From positions 804,106 to 868,105 of the forward strand of contig AUYT01000001.1 of the NCBI GenBank assembly GCA_000447245.1: a stretch of 64,000 nt of DNA. The letters run 5' to 3'. The notes under the pieces are model-generated. The model made no database searches. It saw nothing but the letters and a program-made list of their open reading frames with translations, and had not been told where the DNA came from. This DNA comes from a candidate division Zixibacteria bacterium RBG-1. Its GTDB lineage: Bacteria; Zixibacteria; MSB-5A5; DSPP01; RBG-1. A program made the position numbers and the translations under genes. This document shows positions 30,625-38,026 of this stretch, piece by piece; within the stretch, counting starts at the first letter, position 1; each line of letters starts with the position of its first letter.

Positions 30625-31884
30625 ATGCTAAACGTTCAAAAAATCAGAGAAGATTTTCCAATATTAAATCAAAAAATTCACGACAAGCCCTTGGCTTATC
30701 TGGACAATGGCTCCACTTCCCAGAAGCCTAAAGTGGTAATTGATGCCATTACTAATTATTACAACTGGTATAATTCCAATATCCATCGGGGGATTCATAC
30801 TTTGAGTGAGAAAGCCACCGAAGCTTACGAAAATGTTAGAAAAATCGTGGCTGATTTTATAAAAGCTCCTGACCCAGAAGAAATAATTTTTACCCGCAAT
30901 GCTACCGAAGCTGTAAATTTGGTAGCTTATGCCTGGGGGAGAAAAAATATTTCTACCGGTGATGAGATTCTTTTAACTGAAATGGAACATCACTCTAATT
31001 TAATCCCCTGGCAGATTTTGGCTAAGGAGAAGAAAGCGGTCTTGCGGTTTATTCCTATCACTCAAAATTTCACTCTGGACTTAGATAAAATTGAAGATTT
31101 GATAACTTCTAAAACCAAGCTGGTAGCTGTGACCCAGATGTCCAATGTTTTGGGAACTATAAATCCGGTTAAAAAAATAGCTGGGTTGGCTCATAAGGCC
31201 AAGGCCTTATTCTTGATAGATGGAGCCCAGGGTGTGCCTCATTCTGGTATCGATGTAGCCAATGTCAACTGTGACTTTTTAGCATTCACTGCTCACAAAA
31301 TGTTAGGACCAACTGGCGTGGGAGTTCTATACGGTAAGAAAAAATTGTTAGAAGAGATGGACCCCTTTATTGCTGGGGGAAGTATGATTTTAGAGGTTTG
31401 GCAAGATCGAGCTACTTGGAACAAAGTCCCTTACAAATATGAAGCCGGAACTCCCAATATTGCAGACGTCATTGCCTTTGGTGAAGCGATAAAATATTTG
31501 CAAAATATCGGCATGGAAAATGTCAGAAACCATGAGAAAGAGTTGACCGCTTACGCTTTGAAAAAACTTTGTGAAACTGAAGACTTAACTATCTATGGTC
31601 CTAAAAATCCGGAACTTCAAGGAGGAATAATCTCTTTTAATTTCTCCGCCAAAGGCGGATCCGACTCTGTCGGAATAGATATACATCCACATGATGTTGG
31701 TACTATCGTGGATCAAGAAGGAGTAGCAATAAGAGCTGGGCATCACTGCTGTCAGCCTTTGATGAGAAAATTAGGGATTCCGGGAACTGCGCGAGCCAGC
31801 TTTTATATTTACAATACTAAAGAAGAAATTGACCAGTTGACTTTTGCTCTGGGAAAAGTCAAAGAGGTGTTTGCACGTTTATAG
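30625..31884 (+). CDS. sufS: cysteine desulfurase SufS
   Basis: 419 aa; PLP-lysine region TAHKMLGPTGVG and active-site Cys region GHHCCQPLMRK. Confidence 0.9.
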   Translation: MLNVQKIREDFPILNQKIHDKPLAYLDNGSTSQKPKVVIDAITNYYNWYNSNIHRGIHTLSEKATEAYENVRKIVADFIKAPDPEEIIFTRNATEAVNLVAYAWGRKNISTGDEILLTEMEHHSNLIPWQILAKEKKAVLRFIPITQNFTLDLDKIEDLITSKTKLVAVTQMSNVLGTINPVKKIAGLAHKAKALFLIDGAQGVPHSGIDVANVNCDFLAFTAHKMLGPTGVGVLYGKKKLLEEMDPFIAGGSMILEVWQDRATWNKVPYKYEAGTPNIADVIAFGEAIKYLQNIGMENVRNHEKELTAYALKKLCETEDLTIYGPKNPELQGGIISFNFSAKGGSDSVGIDIHPHDVGTIVDQEGVAIRAGHHCCQPLMRKLGIPGTARASFYIYNTKEEIDQLTFALGKVKEVFARL

Positions 31885-31989
31885 CACGAATAAATAGTCG
31901 GGTGCAGGGACCCGACTTCTACCCGGCTTTGGGTAGCACTGGGTCCCTGAACCCAGTGCTAAGCTCATATAAAGCGAGTGAAATAAATT

Positions 31990-32454
31990 ATGTCAGCCAT
32001 TGAAGATTTATATCGAGAAATAATTTTGGACCATTATTCTTCTCCCCGTAATCGAGGAGAATTACCGGCTCCAGCTTTAAAAATTGAAGGGGCAAATCCG
32101 CTTTGTGGGGATGAGCTGGTTTTATACATTGAAGAAAAAGATGGCCAAATCAAGCAGGTAAAAATAAATACCAAAGGTTGCTCTATCTCACAGGCCTCGG
32201 CTTCTTTGATGACCGAAGCTATCGTTGGGAAAAAAATCGAAGAAATTCAGAAAATTATTGAGAATTTTAAAGATATGATGCTAAAAGATGGTTCATTTAC
32301 TCCTACAGTTGATTTGGGGGATTTGGAGGTTCTGGAAGGGGTCAAAAAATATCCGGTCAGGATTAAATGTGCTTTGTTGGCTTGGAATACTTTGATAGAG
32401 GGGCTGAAAGCATTACAGAATCACAAAAAGCCAGAGCCGGTGGTGATGGAGTGA
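31990..32454 (+). CDS. sufU: SufU/IscU-like Fe-S scaffold / sulfur acceptor
   Basis: 154 aa; conserved Cys in NPLCGDE and KGCSISQASAS typical of SufU. Confidence 0.8.
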   Translation: MSAIEDLYREIILDHYSSPRNRGELPAPALKIEGANPLCGDELVLYIEEKDGQIKQVKINTKGCSISQASASLMTEAIVGKKIEEIQKIIENFKDMMLKDGSFTPTVDLGDLEVLEGVKKYPVRIKCALLAWNTLIEGLKALQNHKKPEPVVME

Positions 32455-32469
32455 ATATTAAAAGATATT

Positions 32470-32518
32470 TACCTCTCCCCATCCCTCCCCTAAAAGGGGA
32501 GGGTAAGGGAGGGGTTAG
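32470..32518. repeat. palindromic repeat unit (CCCTCCCCTAAAAGGGGAGGG family)
   Basis: TCCCTCCCCTAAAAGGGGAGGGTAAGGGAGGGGTTAGT between sufU and the DUF59 gene. Confidence 0.5.
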
Positions 32519-32534
32519 TTAAGAAGGTGAAATT

Positions 32535-32876
32535 ATGACGGAAAACCTGAATAATCAAAATCAACAGTCGAATAATCTGGACGCGGAGACTTTGAAAGAG
32601 CAATTGAAACAGATTGTGGACCCGGAGATTAATATCAATATCGTGGATCTAGGTTTGGTTTACAAAGTTGAAAATAAAGACGGGGATATTTTAATCGATA
32701 TGACTCTGACCTCACCGGTCTGCCCTTTTGGGGAAGTGGTGAAATCAGAAACTATCAGAATTTTAAAAGAGCTTCCCGGTGTCAAAGAAGTTCATATAAA
32801 TATCGTCTGGGACCCTCCTTGGAATCCCTGGGAGATGGCATCCGAGGAAGCAAAATTACAATTAGGTTTGTTATGA
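32535..32876 (+). CDS. DUF59/MIP18-family Fe-S assembly protein (SufT-like)
   Basis: 113 aa; motif IVDLGLVY...TLTSPVCPFG characteristic of the DUF59 family. Confidence 0.75.
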   Translation: MTENLNNQNQQSNNLDAETLKEQLKQIVDPEININIVDLGLVYKVENKDGDILIDMTLTSPVCPFGEVVKSETIRILKELPGVKEVHINIVWDPPWNPWEMASEEAKLQLGLL

Positions 32877-32895
32877 ATTTAAAGAGAGGAGTGAT

Positions 32896-33255
32896 ATGAT
32901 AACTTTAACCAAAATTGCAGCAGAAGAATTGAAAAGAGTCATCAAAGAAAATAATTTGCCGGAGAGTTCGGCTTTAAGAGTAGAAGTGAGAGAGGATGGA
33001 TGTTCTTCGCATGGAACTCCTTATTCTTACTACATTAAACTGGAAGAAAGCCCAGCCACTTCTCAGGATAATGTCTTTGAATCAGAAGGGGTAAAAGTTT
33101 TGGTTGCCCAGGCCAGCTTGCAATATATTCAGGGTCTTAGTCTGGATTTTGTGGAGTCGATCCACGGACGGGGATTTGCCTTTACCAATCCAAATGCCAA
33201 GCGCTCCTGCGGGTGCGGGCACTCATTTAGCGTAGACGAAGAAAAAGAGAATTAA
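32896..33255 (+). CDS. A-type Fe-S cluster carrier (HesB/IscA/SufA family)
   Basis: 119 aa; C-terminal SCGCGHSF signature and upstream Cys (DGCSSHG). Confidence 0.85.
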   Translation: MITLTKIAAEELKRVIKENNLPESSALRVEVREDGCSSHGTPYSYYIKLEESPATSQDNVFESEGVKVLVAQASLQYIQGLSLDFVESIHGRGFAFTNPNAKRSCGCGHSFSVDEEKEN

Positions 33256-33267
33256 CCTCTATTTTTT

Positions 33268-33367
33268 GTCATTCTGAGCCCCGACCCCTACGGGATGGTG
33301 TAACCATAAATCGGGGCGAAGAATCTCATCATTCAAAAAAAAGATCCTTCACTTCGTTCAGGATGAC
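33268..33367. mobile_element. MITE-like element (inverted orientation of the GTCATCCTGAA family)
   Basis: GTCATTCTGAGCCCCGACCCCTACGGGATGGTGTAACCAT...TTCAGGATGAC; first 45 nt identical to the copy at 34849. Confidence 0.6.
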
Positions 33368-33410
33368 CCAATTATCTTTGGAGTGGCAGAGTTAAAATAA
33401 GGGAGGAGAA

Positions 33411-33914
33411 ATGGATGTAGCCAGAATTCAGGAGTTATATAAATATAATGCCTGGGCCAATGGCCAGGTTTTTGAATCAGTCGCAAAATTAACCCCGGAG
33501 CAATTTAATAAGGATTTGGCTACCAGTTATCGTTCGGTCAAAGGTACTCTGGTTCATATCGTGGGAGCGGAATGGATCTGGCTCAGAAGGTGGCTGGGAA
33601 CTTCTCCCAAAGCTCTTTGGGACCCGGCCGAATTTTCTTCGGTAGAACAAATCAAAAACCGTTGGGAAGAGGTGGAACGGGAAAGAAAAGAATTCCTCTC
33701 CGACCTAACCGAAGACTCTCTCAGGAAACCTTTGGCTTATACCAATATCAAAGGGCAACCTTTTAGTTATCCTTTGTGGCAGGCCTTGCAGCATCTGGTT
33801 AATCATTCCACTTATCACCGGGGACAGGTTACGACCCTGCTCAGGCAATTGGGTGCCCAGCCAAAGGGGACAGACCTTCTGGCATATTACGATGCTAAAT
33901 TCGGGCAAAGATAA
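33411..33914 (+). CDS. DinB/YfiT-like family protein
   Basis: 167 aa; N-terminal YKYNAWANGQVF and His residues of the DinB_2 four-helix-bundle family. Confidence 0.65.
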   Translation: MDVARIQELYKYNAWANGQVFESVAKLTPEQFNKDLATSYRSVKGTLVHIVGAEWIWLRRWLGTSPKALWDPAEFSSVEQIKNRWEEVERERKEFLSDLTEDSLRKPLAYTNIKGQPFSYPLWQALQHLVNHSTYHRGQVTTLLRQLGAQPKGTDLLAYYDAKFGQR

Positions 33915-33931
33915 CTTGAATGCCAGGCCTT

Positions 33932-33992
33932 GGGTCAGGAGACCCAAGGCTACCCAAGAAATGCATATAGGGTAGGGTCGGGTCTCCTGACC
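33932..33992. repeat. palindromic hairpin repeat (GGGTCAGGAGACCC family)
   Basis: GGGTCAGGAGACCCAAGGCTACCC...GGGTAGGGTCGGGTCTCCTGACC. Confidence 0.6.
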
Positions 33993-34008
33993 TAACCAAA
34001 ATAAAATT

Positions 34009-34833
34009 TTATTTCACCAAAAGATTTTTTTCTTGGTAAATTTCTAATCTTCTATCTTTGAAAATATGATTCTTGGAATTTACCTGTTTAAGGTTGGCTA
34101 ATTTGGGATTAATCTCTGCCACTTGTAGTTCTTCTTTGTCAGCCGAAGCTTGAGCTAAGATATTTCCGTCCGGGTCCACTATCATACTGCGACCGGCAAA
34201 TTTTAATTTTCTTTCCACCCCTACACGGTCACTAGTGACAATAAAAATTCTATTTACAATAGCGTGTCCAGGTAAAGCTCTGAAAGATAATTTCGGGACA
34301 ATTAAATTAGAAGGATGAGCGATAATCTGTGCCCCCTTCAAAGCTAAAATTCTCCAGGCCTCCGGAAATCTCCAGTCAAAACAAACTAAAATTCCCACCT
34401 TGACTCCGTTTATCCTGAAAATCGGCAATCCTAAATTCCCCGGCTCAAATATATCCTTTTCTTTGTAGAATAAATGCAGTTTGCGGTAAGTTCCGATATA
34501 ACCTTTCGGTCCGACCAAAACTGCTGAATTGTAAAGTTTTTTCCCTTTTATGGTGAGTTTTGTCGAACCATCTTTTTCATTTATTCCGGCTACAATGAAA
34601 CATTTTTTCTGCTTGGCCAGAGAAATCAGAAATTGAGAGGATTTGCCGTGTGGTATCTCTTCAGCAAATTTAAAAGCTTCTTTCGTATCTCTGAAATTGT
34701 AACCGGAATTGCAAAGTTCCGGCAAGACTAAAAGGTTTAAATTTTTAATCCGGGAAAGACTTTTTTCAATCTTTTTTAAATTGTAATCTATTTTCCCTAA
34801 TTTAGGGTCGAACTGAAAAAAAGCGACTTTCAT
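34009..34833 (-). CDS. carbon-nitrogen hydrolase family protein (nitrilase superfamily)
   Basis: 274 aa; Glu (VLPELC), Lys and Cys (ILVCFDWRFPE) catalytic-triad contexts. Confidence 0.8.
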   Translation of the reverse strand: MKVAFFQFDPKLGKIDYNLKKIEKSLSRIKNLNLLVLPELCNSGYNFRDTKEAFKFAEEIPHGKSSQFLISLAKQKKCFIVAGINEKDGSTKLTIKGKKLYNSAVLVGPKGYIGTYRKLHLFYKEKDIFEPGNLGLPIFRINGVKVGILVCFDWRFPEAWRILALKGAQIIAHPSNLIVPKLSFRALPGHAIVNRIFIVTSDRVGVERKLKFAGRSMIVDPDGNILAQASADKEELQVAEINPKLANLKQVNSKNHIFKDRRLEIYQEKNLLVK

Positions 34834-34848
34834 CTTCTCATTTTATGT

Positions 34849-34933
34849 GTCATTCTGAGCCCCGACCCCTACGGGATGGTGTAACCATGAATCGAGGTCA
34901 GCATGACTTATATGGCACTTCGTTCAGGATGAC
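34849..34933. mobile_element. MITE-like element (GTCATCCTGAA family, inverted orientation)
   Basis: Direct repeat of the 33268-33367 copy; the two flank the DinB and CN-hydrolase genes. Confidence 0.6.
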
Positions 34934-34944
34934 AAATACAAAAC

Positions 34945-36672
34945 TTATTCCTTCAGTCTGACATAAATCACCTGACCGTCGAAAATGGTAGCTTCGACCT
35001 GGGTTTTTAAAATCTCTTCCGGGGGTAAAGTAAAAATGTCCTTGCTCAAAACCACCATGTCCGCCAATTTTCCCTCTTCCAAAGACCCTTTCAAACTATC
35101 CTGAAATTCGGCATAAGCGGCCCCGATGGTGTAGCCCTTGAGGGCTTCCATAAGTGAAATACATTCCCTCCGGTACCAGCCCGCACCCGGCTCCGGATTT
35201 TGGGGGTCTTTTCTGGTGACCGCGGCGTATAAACCAATCAAAGGATTTAAGGGTTCCACCGGCCAGTCGGTCCCGAATGCCAGATGGGCACCATTCACTA
35301 AGAGTGATTTCCAGGCATAAGCTCCTTGGCATCTTTTCTTCCCCAGCCTATCTTCGGCCCATCTCTTGTCGGAGGTGCAATGGGTTGGCTGCATGGAGGC
35401 AACCACTCCCAGCTTTCCAAACAGGGGAATATCCTCTTCCCGCAGCACCTGGGCATGCTCAATGCGGTGCCGGGAATTTTTTCTTTTGTTGGTTAAGAGA
35501 GCTTTCTCAAAGGCCTTCAAAACCAGGTAATTTCCTTTGTCACCGATGGCATGAAAGCAGATCTGAAAACCCATTTTGTCCGCTTTGGTTATCAAAGAAC
35601 CGAGCTCCTCCTGCTTATACTGGGGAATTCCCATGGTGCTGGTGTCATCTGAATACGGTTCGAATAAATAAGCAGTGCGGGAGCCCAGAGTCCCGTCTAC
35701 GTATCCTTTGAAGGGACCCAATTTCAGCAAATTTGGTCTTTCAGTGAAGGCGGACTTCAAGCTGTCTATTTTCTCCGGAGTTTTTATCCATTCAAACGGC
35801 AGCCACTCCGAAATTCTGACGGTCAGATTCCCCTGCTCGGCCAGGGTGTTATAAATCGGCAGAACATTCAAATCAGAATTATCCTGAATGCTGGTGATGC
35901 CGTTTTCTTTGGCTTCCGCGATGGCGGTTTGGATGGCTTTCTGCATATCCGCTTCTGTGGGTGGAGGGATAAGGTTAGCCACTAAATCAGCGGCGTTTTC
36001 TTTTAAAATTCCGGTGGGATTTCCCATAGAATCCCGCACAATCTCTCCCCCTTCCGGGTCGGGAATATCCTTATCAATTTTGGCTTCCAGCAAAGCTAGA
36101 CTGTTGACCCAGGCCACGTGTCCGTCGATTCTGGTCAGATAGACCGGATGCAGCGAAGTGAGTTGGTTTAAAAACTTTTTATCAGGCCACTGGCTTTTGT
36201 TAAAAAGAGTATGGTCCCAGCCCCGGCCTACAATCCAGCTTCCTTCGGGGGTTTCCTTTATTTTTTGTTTGAGTTTGGCAGTGATTTCGGCTTTGGTTTT
36301 GCAGCCGGCCAGATTGACTCGCATAAGGGATAAACCCCCGGAGAGAAAATGCAGATGGGCATCGTTGAAACCGGGAATGACTGGCTTCCCGCGCAGGTCA
36401 ATCATCTCCGTTTTTCCCTTCTCAACATAATCCATCACCTGCACGTTGTTTCCCACAAACAGGATTCTGTTTCCCTTTACCGCGATGGCATGAGCTTGGG
36501 TGTTGTGTTCGTCCAGAGTAATTATTTTTCCATTTAACAGAACCAGGTCCGCTCGTGGTGAATCCTCGCGATGAAGCGCTTTCTGATTCTGTTTTTGAGA
36601 GAAGGTTACCCCGGCCAAAGATAGGATTGTGACAAGAAATAATAAGCCCAGGATTTTTCGGTTTGGTCTCAT
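34945..36672 (-). CDS. amidohydrolase-family metal-dependent hydrolase (Amidohydro_3-like), exported
   Basis: 575 aa; signal peptide; metal-binding motif FNDAHLHFLSGG and C-terminal HxxGD-type motifs. Confidence 0.75.
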   Translation of the reverse strand: MRPNRKILGLLFLVTILSLAGVTFSQKQNQKALHREDSPRADLVLLNGKIITLDEHNTQAHAIAVKGNRILFVGNNVQVMDYVEKGKTEMIDLRGKPVIPGFNDAHLHFLSGGLSLMRVNLAGCKTKAEITAKLKQKIKETPEGSWIVGRGWDHTLFNKSQWPDKKFLNQLTSLHPVYLTRIDGHVAWVNSLALLEAKIDKDIPDPEGGEIVRDSMGNPTGILKENAADLVANLIPPPTEADMQKAIQTAIAEAKENGITSIQDNSDLNVLPIYNTLAEQGNLTVRISEWLPFEWIKTPEKIDSLKSAFTERPNLLKLGPFKGYVDGTLGSRTAYLFEPYSDDTSTMGIPQYKQEELGSLITKADKMGFQICFHAIGDKGNYLVLKAFEKALLTNKRKNSRHRIEHAQVLREEDIPLFGKLGVVASMQPTHCTSDKRWAEDRLGKKRCQGAYAWKSLLVNGAHLAFGTDWPVEPLNPLIGLYAAVTRKDPQNPEPGAGWYRRECISLMEALKGYTIGAAYAEFQDSLKGSLEEGKLADMVVLSKDIFTLPPEEILKTQVEATIFDGQVIYVRLKE

Positions 36673-36921
36673 AGCGCTCCTTTCATGGTGAGCTTAAGCC
36701 GAACCATGAGTTTTTTTAATATACGAAATTTTCGCGGCAATGCAAGCTCAAGCCATTCACCAAATCCTTTCAAAGTTGGCGATACATCACAAAATTTTGG
36801 TGATTACCAGCTGATACAAATGTGATTTACAAAATCTATTTGTCTGATTAGTTGACTGGTGGAATGTGAAATTGTTTTGGGAGCTTTGAAAAAAGTATAA
36901 CGAGATAAAAAACAAAATCAG

Positions 36922-36968
36922 ACCCTCTTTTCCCTCTCCTCTTAGGGGAGGGTAAGGGTGGGGTAAGT
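36922..36968. repeat. palindromic repeat unit (CCCTCTCC family)
   Basis: CCCTCTTTTCCCTCTCCTCTTAGGGGAGGGTAAGGGTGGGGTAAGT. Confidence 0.5.
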
Positions 36969-36994
36969 TAATCAAAAAAATGAAAACATAAACT

Positions 36995-37306
36995 ATGCCC
37001 AGAAAAATAAGCAAAGTCAGGGGGGAGCACGGCTTAAATTTTTTTATTAGCTACCAGCTGAAAAAAAGGTTACAAACCCTGGCCCAAAAATATGACACTT
37101 CTCTGGCGGAGATTGTCCGGACCCTGCTAAAAATCGGGATACCGGTTCTAGAAGGATATAAGCAAGCTCAAGAGCAGGCGGAGAAAGAGCTTGATAAATT
37201 GACCCATGTCCCTACAGGATTCAGTCGGAAAAAAATCTCTGGGTCAGGAGACCCAGAGCTGCCCCAGGGTAGGGTCAGGTCTCCTGACCTGACCAATGAA
37301 ATTTAA
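36995..37306 (+). CDS. small ribbon-helix-helix-like protein (putative DNA-binding)
   Basis: 103 aa; the segment LKKRLQTLAQKYDTSLAEIVRTLLKIGI resembles CopG/Arc RHH; the C-terminal 20 codons run through a hairpin repeat, so the true stop is uncertain. Confidence 0.35.
   Translation: MPRKISKVRGEHGLNFFISYQLKKRLQTLAQKYDTSLAEIVRTLLKIGIPVLEGYKQAQEQAEKELDKLTHVPTGFSRKKISGSGDPELPQGRVRSPDLTNEI
37241..37290. repeat. palindromic hairpin repeat (GGGTCAGGAGACCC family)
   Basis: GGGTCAGGAGACCCAGAGCTGCCCCAGGGTAGGGTCAGGTCTCCTGACC. Confidence 0.6.
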
Positions 37307-37317
37307 GCAGGGATAAA

Positions 37318-37911
37318 ATGAGAAAAATCAAATATCAGAATTGGATTTATGAGGTCATAAACGAGACCTCACCCCGGCCCTCTCCTACAGGAGAGGGAGA
37401 TTTTTCCCCTCCCCTAGTAGGGGAGGGGGATGGTTCGATAAACTCACCACAAAGGGGTGGGGTCAGTGCAGTTGACCCAGAAATTGAGAAACAGGTCAGA
37501 AAAGCTCTCGCCAGATTATCTGAAAAAGAAAAAATCTTTATCGAAGAATTTTACTATCAGGGGAGAAGCTATAAAGAAATTTCTGCGATTTTGAAAATCA
37601 ACCTCAAACAGAGCGAATATCTGCACCGCCGGGCGACATTCAAGCTGAGAAATCTTCTGGCTGGTTTTGTAGAAAGAAAATTCAAGATAAAAGTTGACCG
37701 AGTCAGCCCTGAAAAATCAGTGAAACACCGTAAATCTGTTTTTGCCTGTATCATCTGCCAGAATCCTAAGCAAAAAGAAATTGAGAAAGTTATCAGCTCC
37801 AAAAAAGATTTCCAGACCTGGGGTGTGGTTTTAAAAAAATTAAAAAACGAATTTAAGTTGCATATCAAAGCCCCTCAAATTCTTATAGGGCATATGAAGC
37901 ATAGAAGTTAA
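37318..37911 (+). CDS. sigma-70 region 4-like HTH protein with repeat-encoded N-terminal Pro/Gly-rich linker
   Basis: 197 aa; LARLSEKEKIFIEEFYYQGRSYKEISAILKINLKQSEYLHRRATFKLRNLL resembles sigma-70/ECF region 4; residues 17-45 are encoded by the palindromic repeat at 37367-37462. Confidence 0.4.
   Translation: MRKIKYQNWIYEVINETSPRPSPTGEGDFSPPLVGEGDGSINSPQRGGVSAVDPEIEKQVRKALARLSEKEKIFIEEFYYQGRSYKEISAILKINLKQSEYLHRRATFKLRNLLAGFVERKFKIKVDRVSPEKSVKHRKSVFACIICQNPKQKEIEKVISSKKDFQTWGVVLKKLKNEFKLHIKAPQILIGHMKHRS
37367..37462. repeat. palindromic repeat units (CCCTCTCC..GGAGAGGG, CCCCTCCCCTAGTAGGGGAGGGGG) lying inside ORF 37318..37911
   Basis: Same unit types as the intergenic copies; here in frame within a coding sequence. 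Confidence 0.5.
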
Positions 37912-38026
37912 AAAAGATTAGAGGCCATTTTAGTGGTAGCCGCAGACTTTAGTCTGCGCTTTAAGATTTCGCAACCTAAAGGTTGCGGCTACCAGGTTTT
38001 TTTATTAATCCTTAATCCCTGTTTTA

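Noticed and set aside
35096-36537. Several 60-144-aa ORFs on both strands within 34945..36672
   Set aside because: All overlap the amidohydrolase gene, which has clear metal-binding motifs and a signal peptide; alternative frames lack any signature.
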